A stretch of 18,785 bases of DNA from Chthoniobacteraceae bacterium (GCA_040081625.1 JBEBGD010000107.1:1-18785), one strand, 5' to 3'; shown: positions 8,353 to 16,942, counted from the stretch's first letter. Translations and numbers: made by a program. The notes: generated from the letters alone by a model not told the origin.

Positions 8353-9326
8353 GGAGGTTTTGGATGCGTCACGAGATGGTGCTTCTGCTCGTGATCGTGG
8401 TCGAAGTGCTGATCTTCAACGCGATCGGGCGCCGCTTTCTCACGGCGGACAACGTCGCGAACATCGTGCGGCAGTCGGTCGAGATCGGCCTGCTGGCGCT
8501 CGTAATGACGCCGGTCATTCTCACGGGCGGCATCGATTTATCGGTCGGCTCGCTGCTCGGGTTGTGCGCGGTGACGTTTGGGATGCTTTGGGGAGAACTG
8601 CATTGGCCTCCGTGGCTCGCGGCGCTTGGCGCGGTGGGAGTCGGCGCGCTCGGTGGATGCGTGAATGCGGCGTTGATCACGTCACTTCGCCTGCCCGCGC
8701 TCATCGTCACGCTCGGAACGTTCTCGCTTTTCCGCGGAATCGCGGAGGCGCTGACCGGTGGAACGATCGCATACACAAAGTTTCCTGCATCGTTTCTCGC
8801 GCTGGGAAACTCGTTCTTCCTCGGCGTCCCCGTGCAGGCGTGGGTCTTCTTTGTCGTCGCTGTCGCCGTCTGGCTGCTCGTGCATCGCACGACAGCGGGC
8901 CGCGCGTTTCGTGCGATCGGCTTCGCGCCTGAGGGCGCGCGCTACGCGGGGCTGCCGGTCGGAAGGCGTGTGGCGCTCGCTTACATCCTCGCCGGATCGG
9001 TCGCGGGAGTGGCGGCGGTCATCTTTGTCTCGCGGGTGACGGAGGCGCGAGCGAACGCGGGCGTCGGCTACGAACTCGCGGCCATCACCGCCGTCGTGCT
9101 CGGTGGCACGAGCATTTTTGGCGGTCGTGGTTCCGTGCATGGCACGCTGCTCGGCGTGGCGGCGGTGGCGGTGCTCGGCAACGGGCTGTCGCGCATCCTC
9201 AGCATCACCGCCGTCTCGCGCGAACTCGCCGGCATCCTCACGGGAGCACTGTTGCTTGTCGCGCTCGCGGCGGGTGCGCTTACGACGCGATGGCGCGGCG
9301 CAGGAGATCGAGGCCCATCTGCGTGA
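8349..9326 (+). CDS. Sugar ABC transporter permease (RbsC/RhaQ-like)
   Basis: GGIDLSVGS, LPALIVTLGT, RAIGFAPEGARYAG and YELAAITAVVLGGTSIFGGRGS. The start is ATG 8349 (ATGA overlap) or ATG 8364 (GAGGAGG upstream). The ORF-track N-terminal extension from 7422 is spurious. Confidence 0.92.
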   Translation: MRRFWMRHEMVLLLVIVVEVLIFNAIGRRFLTADNVANIVRQSVEIGLLALVMTPVILTGGIDLSVGSLLGLCAVTFGMLWGELHWPPWLAALGAVGVGALGGCVNAALITSLRLPALIVTLGTFSLFRGIAEALTGGTIAYTKFPASFLALGNSFFLGVPVQAWVFFVVAVAVWLLVHRTTAGRAFRAIGFAPEGARYAGLPVGRRVALAYILAGSVAGVAAVIFVSRVTEARANAGVGYELAAITAVVLGGTSIFGGRGSVHGTLLGVAAVAVLGNGLSRILSITAVSRELAGILTGALLLVALAAGALTTRWRGAGDRGPSA

Positions 9327-10506
9327 CGAGTTCCTTGAAGCGTTCGCGATCGGTCGGGAAGAAAAGCTTCTCGACCTGCGTCGTGCGGTGAGCGGCTGCG
9401 ACGCCGACGAAGACTGTGCCCACGGGCTTCTCCGGGCTGCCGCCGTCCGGGCCGGCGATGCCGGTGGTCGAAAGCGCGTAGTCGGCACCGCTCGCTGCGC
9501 GTGCGCCCTCGGCCATCGCGCGCGCGACGGGTTCGCTCACGGCGCCGTGCTCGCGGATCAATGCTGCATCGACGCCGAGCGCGCTTGTCTTCGCCTCGTT
9601 CGCGTAGGTCACGTAGCCGGCGAGAAAGACGGCGGACGCGCCGGGGACGTTCGTGATTCGGTTTGCGATTGCGCCGCCGGTGCATGACTCGGCGACGGCG
9701 AGCGTCTCGCGGCGCCCGGTGAGAAGATCGACGATGACTTTCTCGAGCGTGCGCTGGTCGTGGGAGATGAGATTCGCGCCGAGCTTCGCCTCGATGATCG
9801 CGCCGGCGCCGCGCACCTGCTCCGGTGTGCCGATAATGCGTAGATCGACCTCGCCGGGCCGCGCGCAATAACCAAGTTCCGCGCCGAGCGCGAGCAGTGC
9901 GTCGCCTACCATTTCCTCGACGAGCGATTCGCCGAGTCCGACGGTGCGCCACACGCGCATCTCGACGTGCGGCTGGGGCGGGATGACGCGCTCGAGTGTT
10001 GGGACCACGTAGTTTTCCACCATCGGCGCCAGCTCGCGCGGCGGACCGGGGAGCAGGAAGAGATGGGGCGAGTTCTTCTCCGCGAAAGCTGGCAGATACA
10101 GCCCCGGCGCGGTGCCGTGCGGATTCCACAGGACCGTCGCTTCCGGCGGCCGCAGCGCCTGGAGTTTGTTGCGCGGGCTCATGGGCAGCGAGCGGCGGGC
10201 GAAGCGCGCTTCGATCTGCCGCCAGATTTCCTCGTCGTGCTCGAGTCGCAGCCCGAGCAGGTCGGCGACGATGTCGCGTGTGATGTCGTCGGTCGTGGGG
10301 CCGAGTCCGCCGGTGACGAACACGATTTCCGCGCGCCCGAAGGTCTCCGCGAGCGCGTCGCGGATCGCGTCGCCATCGGGCACCGTGACCTGGCGCTGGA
10401 TGCGGAGGCCGAGCGGGAAGAGCGCCTCGGCGAACAGGCGGACGTGGGTGTTGAGGACGCTGCCGAGCAGCAGCTCGCTGCCGGTGTTGAGGATCTCGAT
10501 TCGCAT
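9280..10506 (-). CDS. cinA: CinA: COG1058/MoCF-like N-terminal domain plus PncC nicotinamide-mononucleotide deamidase
   Basis: MRIEILNTGSELLLG, GGLGPTTDDITR, LLPGPPREL, AVAESCTGG, YANEAK, HGAVSE and STTGIAGPDGGSPEKPVGTV. The ATG overlaps the upstream TGA (TGATG). 408 aa. Confidence 0.95.
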   Translation of the reverse strand: MRIEILNTGSELLLGSVLNTHVRLFAEALFPLGLRIQRQVTVPDGDAIRDALAETFGRAEIVFVTGGLGPTTDDITRDIVADLLGLRLEHDEEIWRQIEARFARRSLPMSPRNKLQALRPPEATVLWNPHGTAPGLYLPAFAEKNSPHLFLLPGPPRELAPMVENYVVPTLERVIPPQPHVEMRVWRTVGLGESLVEEMVGDALLALGAELGYCARPGEVDLRIIGTPEQVRGAGAIIEAKLGANLISHDQRTLEKVIVDLLTGRRETLAVAESCTGGAIANRITNVPGASAVFLAGYVTYANEAKTSALGVDAALIREHGAVSEPVARAMAEGARAASGADYALSTTGIAGPDGGSPEKPVGTVFVGVAAAHRTTQVEKLFFPTDRERFKELVTQMGLDLLRRAIAS

Positions 10507-11342
10507 CAGCTTTTGCGCGCGGCGGTGATCCATTCGCTCATTTTCGCCGCGAGCTGCGGGTTGGTCTGCTCGGTGATGAAGTAGAGATTCGTCAGCGTGC
10601 GGATGAGCATTTGTTTCGGCGTGGCGGGCACGAGGTGCTGTGGGAGAAGCACGAGCTTCTGCTGTTCGAGCAGCGCGCGGCATTCGTCGAGCCCGACGCG
10701 GCGGCCACCGTGGAACGGGTCGAAGAAGACGTCCTCGTGGCGGACGATGAAGTGCCCCGGCAGGCCGATGCCATCGATGTGCAGCCCGGCGCGGCGGCCG
10801 ACGAGTTGATAGACGAGCGCGAGTGAGATCGGGATGCCGAGCCGCGTCTCGATCACGGCGGGCAGGAGCGAATTGCGAACGTTGTAGTAGTCGTCGTCGT
10901 TGCCGCGCAGGCGCTGCTCGAAGTGGAGGAACTCGGCGAGCGTCTCGACGCGGTCGAGCGGGGTGGGCGCCTTTGCGAAGCGGCGGTTCACCTCCGCGCC
11001 CCATTCGTCGATGAGCGCGCGCGCGGCGGTGAAGTCCTCGCCGGGCAGAAGCACGGTGGCGAGCTGCCACTCGGCGGCCTCGAGGTCGCCGTGTTCTCCG
11101 AAGCGGCGGCAGGTCTGCATGAAAGTGATCTCCGAGCTGCGTTCCTGGATCTCGGCGATCACGTCGCGCACGTGGAAGCTCGCGACCGGGTCGGCGAGCT
11201 CCTCGAGTTGGCGCAGCTCGGCGAGCATCGGCGGGCCGGCGGCGGCGAGCTGCGCCTTCACCAGGGCGACAGTCTGGGGATCGTCGTCGCCGAGCAGACT
11301 GAGCAGGGCTTCGCGCCTGCGCTGGAGCGGGTCCGCGTTCAC
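10506..11342 (-). CDS. SirB1-like transglutaminase-fold protein
   Basis: LRGNDDDYYNVRNSLLPAVIETRLGIPISLALVY, GIGLPGHF, FFDPFHGG and MLIRTLTNL. The GTG start at 11342 overlaps the upstream stop (GTGA). 278 aa. Confidence 0.85.
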   Translation of the reverse strand: MNADPLQRRREALLSLLGDDDPQTVALVKAQLAAAGPPMLAELRQLEELADPVASFHVRDVIAEIQERSSEITFMQTCRRFGEHGDLEAAEWQLATVLLPGEDFTAARALIDEWGAEVNRRFAKAPTPLDRVETLAEFLHFEQRLRGNDDDYYNVRNSLLPAVIETRLGIPISLALVYQLVGRRAGLHIDGIGLPGHFIVRHEDVFFDPFHGGRRVGLDECRALLEQQKLVLLPQHLVPATPKQMLIRTLTNLYFITEQTNPQLAAKMSEWITAARKS

Positions 11343-11524
11343 CCGACCGAAGCGGTGACGCCGAGCACTTCGCCGGGAGCGCACTCGATACGCAACGCGA
11401 TGGGCCGGCAGCAGATCGCGCAGTCCTCGGTCGTCGAGTGCGTGCCCTGCATCGTATCGACGCTGATCGAGAAGGCCGAACCGCAATACGGGCAGAGCAC
11501 CTCGGCGTCTTCGAGCTGGTTCAT
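11339..11524 (-). CDS. CPXCG-motif cysteine-rich small protein
   Basis: MNQLEDAEVLCPYCG...EDCAICCRPI, 61 aa. Matches the CPxCG...EDCxxCCxP family pattern. Confidence 0.88.
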   Translation of the reverse strand: MNQLEDAEVLCPYCGSAFSISVDTMQGTHSTTEDCAICCRPIALRIECAPGEVLGVTASVG

Positions 11525-11526
11525 CG

Positions 11527-11871
11527 CTACGCGACCTTGAGGCGTGGCGCGTCGCTCCACAGTTCCTCGAGGCCGTAGTAGGGGCGCCTGGCCTCGTGGA
11601 AGACGTGGACGATCACGTCGTCGAAATCCGCCACGATCCACTGGCTGCCGGGGAATCCATCGACGGCCTGCGGCTTGCGTCCGTGCTCCTTGCGGAGGCG
11701 CACGGTCAGCTCACTCACGATGGCCTTGATGTGCGGCTCGCTGGTCGCCGAGCAGATGAGGAAAAAATCTGTGAGAGCGGAAATCTCCCGTAGATCCAGC
11801 ACGACGATGTCTTCTGCTTTCTTGTCCGCGGCAATGGCCGCGCAGAGTTGGGCTAGGTCTTGAGAGTCGAT
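11527..11871 (-). CDS. rsfS: Ribosome silencing factor RsfS (Iojap); start codon apparently non-canonical
   Basis: DKKAEDIVVLDL, TDFFLICSATS..HIKAI, WIVADFDDVIVHVF and RPYYGLEELWSDAP; typical nadD-rsfS order. The reading frame extends upstream of GTG 11802 to ATC at 11871 and on to the nadD stop. Confidence 0.93.
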   Translation of the reverse strand: MDSQDLAQLCAAIAADKKAEDIVVLDLREISALTDFFLICSATSEPHIKAIVSELTVRLRKEHGRKPQAVDGFPGSQWIVADFDDVIVHVFHEARRPYYGLEELWSDAPRLKVA

Positions 11872-11880
11872 GGTGGTGGA

Positions 11881-12456
11881 TCAGGTTGGGTTGCGATAGA
11901 GGCGGTGCTGCTCGATGAGCGCGGAGACGGGCTCAGGCACGAGATAGCGAAGGCTGAGGCCCTGCGCAACTCGCGCGCGGATTTCCGTGGCGGAGATATC
12001 GATGCGCCGGGCGATGGTCGGGAAGCCGTGGCCGGGGTCGCTCCCGCCGGCTTCGGCGCTACGGCTGAACACGATGAATTGCACGAGGGTGCGGAGCCTC
12101 TCCGACTCGCGCCACCGGCGGAGTTCGCCGACGTGGTCGCCGCCGATGAACCAGAACAGCTCCGCGCCCGGCCAGCGCTCGCGGGCGGCGAGCACGGTGT
12201 CGATGGTGTAGCTCGTGCCGCCGCGCGTCAGCTCGGAGTCGTCCACTTCGAAGCGCTCCTCGCCGTCGATCGCGGCGCGCAGCATCGCCAGGCGCACGGT
12301 CGCCGGCGCGCTCTCGACGCCCGGCTTGAAGGGCGAGCACGCCGCCGGCACAAACACGATGCGATCGAGCCGGAGCTGCTCGAGCGCTTCGCGCGCGAGG
12401 ATGAGGTGGCCGTGATGGATCGGGTCGAAGGTTCCGCCGTAGAGGGCGATTCGCAT
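11881..12456 (-). CDS. nadD: Nicotinate-nucleotide adenylyltransferase
   Basis: MRIALYGGTFDPIHHGH (HxGH), SYTIDT, FIGGD, DISATEIR and YLVP. 191 aa. Confidence 0.96.
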   Translation of the reverse strand: MRIALYGGTFDPIHHGHLILAREALEQLRLDRIVFVPAACSPFKPGVESAPATVRLAMLRAAIDGEERFEVDDSELTRGGTSYTIDTVLAARERWPGAELFWFIGGDHVGELRRWRESERLRTLVQFIVFSRSAEAGGSDPGHGFPTIARRIDISATEIRARVAQGLSLRYLVPEPVSALIEQHRLYRNPT

Positions 12457-12515
12457 GATGCTCGCCCGATTAACCCGGAGCCGCGCGGCTGGCGAAGTTA
12501 TTTGCGTGCCGCGCC

Positions 12516-13205
12516 TCAGGTCGCGGCGGGCAGACGCAGCTCGAAGACCGTGCGTCCCGGGGCGCTTTGCAGGCTGATCCTGCCCTTGTGCAGCTCGGCG
12601 AAACTGGCGGCGAGCGTGAGGCCGAGTCCGGCAGCGTTTTGCTTTTTCTTCATCGAGAAAAACGGCGCGAACACCTTTTCGTGGCACTCGCCCGGGATGC
12701 CGGGTCCGTCATCGGTGACGGAGAAGACGGCCCACTGTGGATGCGCGTCCGCCTTCGCTTCACCGCGAAGTTCGATGCGCACATGGCCGCCGGTCGAGAA
12801 CGTCGCCTCGCACGCGTTTTTCACCAACTCGAGCATGGCCATCTTGATGCGCGAGGCGTCGCCCTGGATCTGCGGCGTGTCGTCGGCGATCACCAGGTCG
12901 ATTGTCGTGCGCGGGCCGCGCAGATGGTCGAAGCCGGGGCGCAGGAAGCGCAAAAACTCGGTGAGGTCGATCGTCCGCCAGACGATGGCCGAGGGCCGCA
13001 CGAGCGCCTGCGTCCGATCGATCAACTCGGATGCCTGCGCCGCGCCGTGCTTGATCCTCGCGAGGCCGTCCTGCGTCGATTGGTCGAGCGTCTGGTTCTC
13101 GAGCACGAGGCCGAGGTAGCCGTGGAAGAGCGTCAGGATGTTGTTCATCCGGTGCGCGAGCCCGCGGACGAGCTGATCCTGAAAATCCGAATGAGTGAAT
13201 TGCAT
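12516..13205 (-). CDS. Sensorless histidine kinase-like protein (HisKA plus HATPase_c only)
   Basis: H-box GLAHRMNNILT, N-box ELVKNACEA, G1 VTDDGPGI, F-box KVFAPFFS and G2 AGLGL. ATG at 13205, 229 aa. Confidence 0.85.
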   Translation of the reverse strand: MQFTHSDFQDQLVRGLAHRMNNILTLFHGYLGLVLENQTLDQSTQDGLARIKHGAAQASELIDRTQALVRPSAIVWRTIDLTEFLRFLRPGFDHLRGPRTTIDLVIADDTPQIQGDASRIKMAMLELVKNACEATFSTGGHVRIELRGEAKADAHPQWAVFSVTDDGPGIPGECHEKVFAPFFSMKKKQNAAGLGLTLAASFAELHKGRISLQSAPGRTVFELRLPAAT

Positions 13206-13260
13206 CGGGCCTTTCTGATAAAGCAGCGCGAGTGCCCGCGGCGGGCGGTATTTCAGTAGC

Positions 13261-14247
13261 TCAGCAGCGGGGCTCCGGCACGATCGTCGCCTCGCCGGCA
13301 CCGACGGTCTCAAGCTCGCCGCTGGCCAGCCGCAATTGAAGGCGCCCGTCCGGCGCGAGATCCTCGGCGCGACCCTCGATCCGGGTCCCGGCGCACTCCA
13401 GCGCGATGTGCCTGCCGATCAGCGAACTGCGGCGGCGGGCGGCGTCGAGCAGCGCGGGAAAACCCGCGTCCCCGATGTCCGCTGCGCGGCGGGTCATCGC
13501 GTGCAGGATGGCGGCGGCGAGGGCGCCTCGGTCGATGAAACGGCGGGTGGCGAGCCGCAGCGAGGTCGCGCGGTCGCGCAGGTCGGGGGGAAAATTATCC
13601 GTGTCATGGTTCACGTTCACGCCCACGCCGACGACGGCGAAGTGGCCGCCCGCTGAGTCGGGGGTCGTCTCGATGAGGATGCCGGCGAGCTTGCGCCCGT
13701 CGAGTTCGAGGTCGTTCGGCCACTTCACCGCGATGCTCAGCCCGCTGCATTCCTCGATCGCCTCGGCGGCGACGACGGCGGCCCACGTCGTGAGCCTCGA
13801 CCACATGGCGAGCGGCAGCGTGGGTCGCAGTAGCAGCGAGAACCACAGCCCGAGGTGCGACGCGGATTCCCAGCGCCGGCCGAAGCGTCCGCGCCCCGCC
13901 GTCTGCCGTTCGGCGAAGATCGCGACGCCTCCCGCAGCGCCGGTTTCTCCGAGTTGGATCGCGCGCTGGTTGGTCGAGTCGGTCTCCTCGAAGACGAGGA
14001 TGTCGCGGATGAATGCCGACGGGCCGAGCCGCGCGCGGAGGTCGTCGGCGATGAGGCGGTCGGGCGACTTCACCAGCCGGTAGCCGAGCACGGGCTGCTC
14101 ATCGATCTCGAAGCCGGCGGCGCGCAGTTCGTCGATGCGCTTCACGATTGCGGTGGTGTCCGTGCGGAGCAGCGCCGCCAGCTCCGTGCGCGGCACGTGG
14201 ACCGTCGCTCGTCGCAACTCGCCGAGCAGCGCCGCATCCTGAGTCAT
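13261..14247 (-). CDS. birA: Biotin--protein ligase with N-terminal winged-HTH-like domain
   Basis: TDSTN, AERQTAGRGRFGRRW, KWPNDL, KLAGILIE and VVGVGVNVN; the N-terminal domain ends in GYRL. ATGA overlap with nadC. 328 aa. Confidence 0.95.
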   Translation of the reverse strand: MTQDAALLGELRRATVHVPRTELAALLRTDTTAIVKRIDELRAAGFEIDEQPVLGYRLVKSPDRLIADDLRARLGPSAFIRDILVFEETDSTNQRAIQLGETGAAGGVAIFAERQTAGRGRFGRRWESASHLGLWFSLLLRPTLPLAMWSRLTTWAAVVAAEAIEECSGLSIAVKWPNDLELDGRKLAGILIETTPDSAGGHFAVVGVGVNVNHDTDNFPPDLRDRATSLRLATRRFIDRGALAAAILHAMTRRAADIGDAGFPALLDAARRRSSLIGRHIALECAGTRIEGRAEDLAPDGRLQLRLASGELETVGAGEATIVPEPRC

Positions 14248-15101
14248 GACTCGAGCTCGAGCGAGAAATCGATGGCGCGTGCCGAGTGCGTGAGCGCGCC
14301 GACGGAGATGAAATCCACGCCGGTCGCGGCGATCTGCGGCACGCTTTCGAGCGTCACGCCGCCACTGGCCTCGAGTTGCACGCGCCCCGCTCCGAGGTGA
14401 ACGGCCTCGGCCATGTCGGCGCACGGCATGTTGTCGAGCAGGATGACGTCGATGCCGGTGAGCCCGAGGAACTCGCGCACTTGATCGAGCGTGTCGGCTT
14501 CGACTTCGACGCGCAGCCCCGGCTTCTCGGCCCGGAAGCGCGTGATCGCGGCCTGGAGCGCCGCGGGATCGCGCCGCGCCGCGAGATGGTTGTCCTTCAC
14601 CATGACCATGTCGAAGAGCCCGAAGCGGTGATTCAATCCGCCGCCCGCGAGCACCGCGCCTTTCTCGAGCGAGCGCAGGCCGGGTGTCGTCTTGCGCGTA
14701 TCGAGGATGCGCGCCCGGTGCGGCGCGACCGCATCGACGTAGCGTCGGGTGAGGGTCGCGACGCCGGAGAGGCGCTGGAGGAAATTGAGCGCGACCCGTT
14801 CTGCGGTGAGGATCGAGCTCGCGGTGCCGCTGATCTCGATCACTGTGGCGCCAGAGGCGACGCGACTGCCGGAGGGCAGCGCGACCTTCACCACGAGGCG
14901 CGGATCGACGCGGGTGAAAACTTCAGCCGCCGTTTCCGCGCCCGCCACGACGGCGGCTTCCCTCGCGACGATGCGCGCGCGCCGGCTCTCGTCGCCGACG
15001 AAATATTTCGACGTGAGATCGCCCGGCCCGATGTCCTCGGCGAGCGCGATGGCGATCGGGTCGTGCGGCGACGGACGGGGCGGACTTGGCAGGACAGTCA
15101 T
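14244..15101 (-). CDS. nadC: Nicotinate-nucleotide diphosphorylase (quinolinate phosphoribosyltransferase)
   Basis: ALAEDIGPGDLT, LTAERVALNFLQRLSGVAT, DTRKTTPGLR, NHRFGL, MVKDNH, ILLDNM, LEASGG and ISVGALTHS. ATG at 15101, 285 aa. Confidence 0.97.
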   Translation of the reverse strand: MTVLPSPPRPSPHDPIAIALAEDIGPGDLTSKYFVGDESRRARIVAREAAVVAGAETAAEVFTRVDPRLVVKVALPSGSRVASGATVIEISGTASSILTAERVALNFLQRLSGVATLTRRYVDAVAPHRARILDTRKTTPGLRSLEKGAVLAGGGLNHRFGLFDMVMVKDNHLAARRDPAALQAAITRFRAEKPGLRVEVEADTLDQVREFLGLTGIDVILLDNMPCADMAEAVHLGAGRVQLEASGGVTLESVPQIAATGVDFISVGALTHSARAIDFSLELES

Positions 15102-15109
15102 GCGGGAGA

Positions 15110-16462
15110 CTAGAACAACTCCGGCTCGAGCGCACGATGGACGCTGCGCCCGCGGACGAAGGTCTCGATGACCGAGTCCGGTCCGCCGCGATAGACGCAG
15201 AGGCTCACCACATCGTCCGCGCCGAGGTCGCTCGCGCCCTTCGTCCGATAGGGAAGCAGCGAGCCAGGGTCCATGATCGTGAGGTCGGCCTCCTTTCCAA
15301 TGTCGAAGCTGCCGATCGCGCGACCCTTTCCGAGCACGTCGGCCGCACCCTGCGTCGCGAGGTGCAGCGCGCCGGCGGGCGTGAGCGTCGCGACTCCCGG
15401 TTCGTAGAAAGAGCGCGCGGTTTGTGAGTCGATGGCCGCGCGCATCACGCGCCAAAGGTTCAACTCCGGGCCGGCGGCGACATCGGTGCCGAGCCCGACG
15501 CGGATGCCCGCGGCGCGCACTGTGTCGAGCGGGAGGATGCCGCTGCGCAGGAAAAGATTCGCGCCCGGGCAGTGCGCGATGGCCGCGCCGGATGCGGCGA
15601 TGGCTTCGTGCTCGCGCGGGCTGAGATGGAGGCAGTGGCCGAGCACGGTGCGCGGCCCGAGCAGTCCGCTGCGCGCATACACATCGGTGTAATCCTGCGC
15701 CTGCGGAAAAAGGTGCCGCACCTTTTCGAGTTCCTCGCGGTTCTCGGCGAGATGCGTCTGCACGTAGGTGCCGTGGCGCTGCGCGATCTCCGCGGCGGTC
15801 TGCATGAGCTTCTCCGAGCACGACACGGCGAATCGTGGGCTGACCGCGTATTCGAGCAGGCCGTCGTTTGCGCCGTGCCAGCGCCTGATCAGACGCTCCG
15901 TCTCGGCGACGGAGATCGAGAGGATTTTCGACGGCTGATGCGGGCCGTAGCTTGCGACATCCATCATCATCTTGCCGATGATCGCGCGCAGCCCCTTGTC
16001 CGCCGCGGCCTGGAATGTCGCCTCGCACGAGTCCTCGAAGACCGCGCTGTAAAGCATCGCGGTGGTCGTGCCGTGACGAGCGAGTTCCGCGATGAAGGCC
16101 GCCGCTTCGCGCCGACCGCGCGGACCGGTGAAATCCTTCTCCAGCGGGAAGACGTATTGCCGCAGCCACGGCAGCAGCTCGCTTGTGCCGCGTGCGACGG
16201 CGGGATACTGCGGGACGTGCGTGTGGAGATCGATCAGGCCGGGGAAGACGACGACGCGCGACGAGTGAAGCCAGCGCACGGGCTGGGTGCGCGGCTTTTT
16301 CGAGAGCGTCATGTAATCGCCGACCTCGGCGATCAGCGGGCCCTCGAGCACGATCGCGCCGTCGGGCCACGAGCGCAGTTTGCCGAACTCCGGCGCATCG
16401 ATGAGCCAGCCGCGGATGCCGATCAGCGGCGGCGAAGGACTCGGGGCAGGGGATTCGAGCAC
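15110..16462 (-). CDS. guaD: Guanine deaminase (amidohydrolase family)
   Basis: PGLIDLHTHVPQY, LLPWLRQYVFPLE, GTTTA, SPRFAVSCS, QTHLAEN, AHCP..NLFL.SG and GLGTDVAAG. Confidence 0.88.
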   Translation of the reverse strand: MLESPAPSPSPPLIGIRGWLIDAPEFGKLRSWPDGAIVLEGPLIAEVGDYMTLSKKPRTQPVRWLHSSRVVVFPGLIDLHTHVPQYPAVARGTSELLPWLRQYVFPLEKDFTGPRGRREAAAFIAELARHGTTTAMLYSAVFEDSCEATFQAAADKGLRAIIGKMMMDVASYGPHQPSKILSISVAETERLIRRWHGANDGLLEYAVSPRFAVSCSEKLMQTAAEIAQRHGTYVQTHLAENREELEKVRHLFPQAQDYTDVYARSGLLGPRTVLGHCLHLSPREHEAIAASGAAIAHCPGANLFLRSGILPLDTVRAAGIRVGLGTDVAAGPELNLWRVMRAAIDSQTARSFYEPGVATLTPAGALHLATQGAADVLGKGRAIGSFDIGKEADLTIMDPGSLLPYRTKGASDLGADDVVSLCVYRGGPDSVIETFVRGRSVHRALEPELF

Positions 16463-16477
16463 GCGCCGGCGGCAGCG

Positions 16478-16942
16478 TTACTTCTGCTGCTGAGGCGGGA
16501 GCTCGACGATCTCGAACCAGTATTTCTCGAGCGTCTGCAGAATATCGACGAGGGCCTCGAAGGTGACCGGCTTCACGATGTAGCTGTTCACGCCGAGGTC
16601 GTAGCTGCGGTAGATGTCCTCGTCGGACTTGGAAGTGGTGAGCACGACGACCGGGATGCGGCGCAGTTCGGGGTCCTCCTTGATTTCCTTGAGCACCACG
16701 CGGCCGTCTTTGCGCGGCATGTTCAAGTCGAGCAGGATCAGGCCGGGCAGCGGCGCCTCGGCGGGCGGCGCGTATTTCCCGCGGCGGCGCAGGTAGTCGA
16801 GTAGCTCTTCGCCATTCTCGACGAAGCGGATGTCGTTGATGAGGCGCGCATCCTCGAGCGCCTCGCGGGTGAGTTGGCGATCGTCGGCATCGTCGTCGGC
16901 CATCAGGATGGTGATCGGCATGGCTTCTTTGATCCGGTTCAT
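16478..16942 (-). CDS. Single-domain response regulator (Rcp1-like)
   Basis: ILMADDD, LILLDLNMPRKDG, VVVLTTS, YDLGVNSYIVKPV and C-terminal YWFEIVELP. ATGA overlap with the kinase stop. 154 aa. Confidence 0.93.
   Translation of the reverse strand: MNRIKEAMPITILMADDDADDRQLTREALEDARLINDIRFVENGEELLDYLRRRGKYAPPAEAPLPGLILLDLNMPRKDGRVVLKEIKEDPELRRIPVVVLTTSKSDEDIYRSYDLGVNSYIVKPVTFEALVDILQTLEKYWFEIVELPPQQQK

Noticed and set aside
10507..16370. Long Arg-rich N-terminal extensions on the cinA (596 aa), SirB1-like, nadD, birA and nadC (708 aa) ORFs
   Set aside because: These are off-frame read-backs through upstream genes, typical of high-GC DNA. Downstream starts match the family N-termini and the stop/start overlaps.
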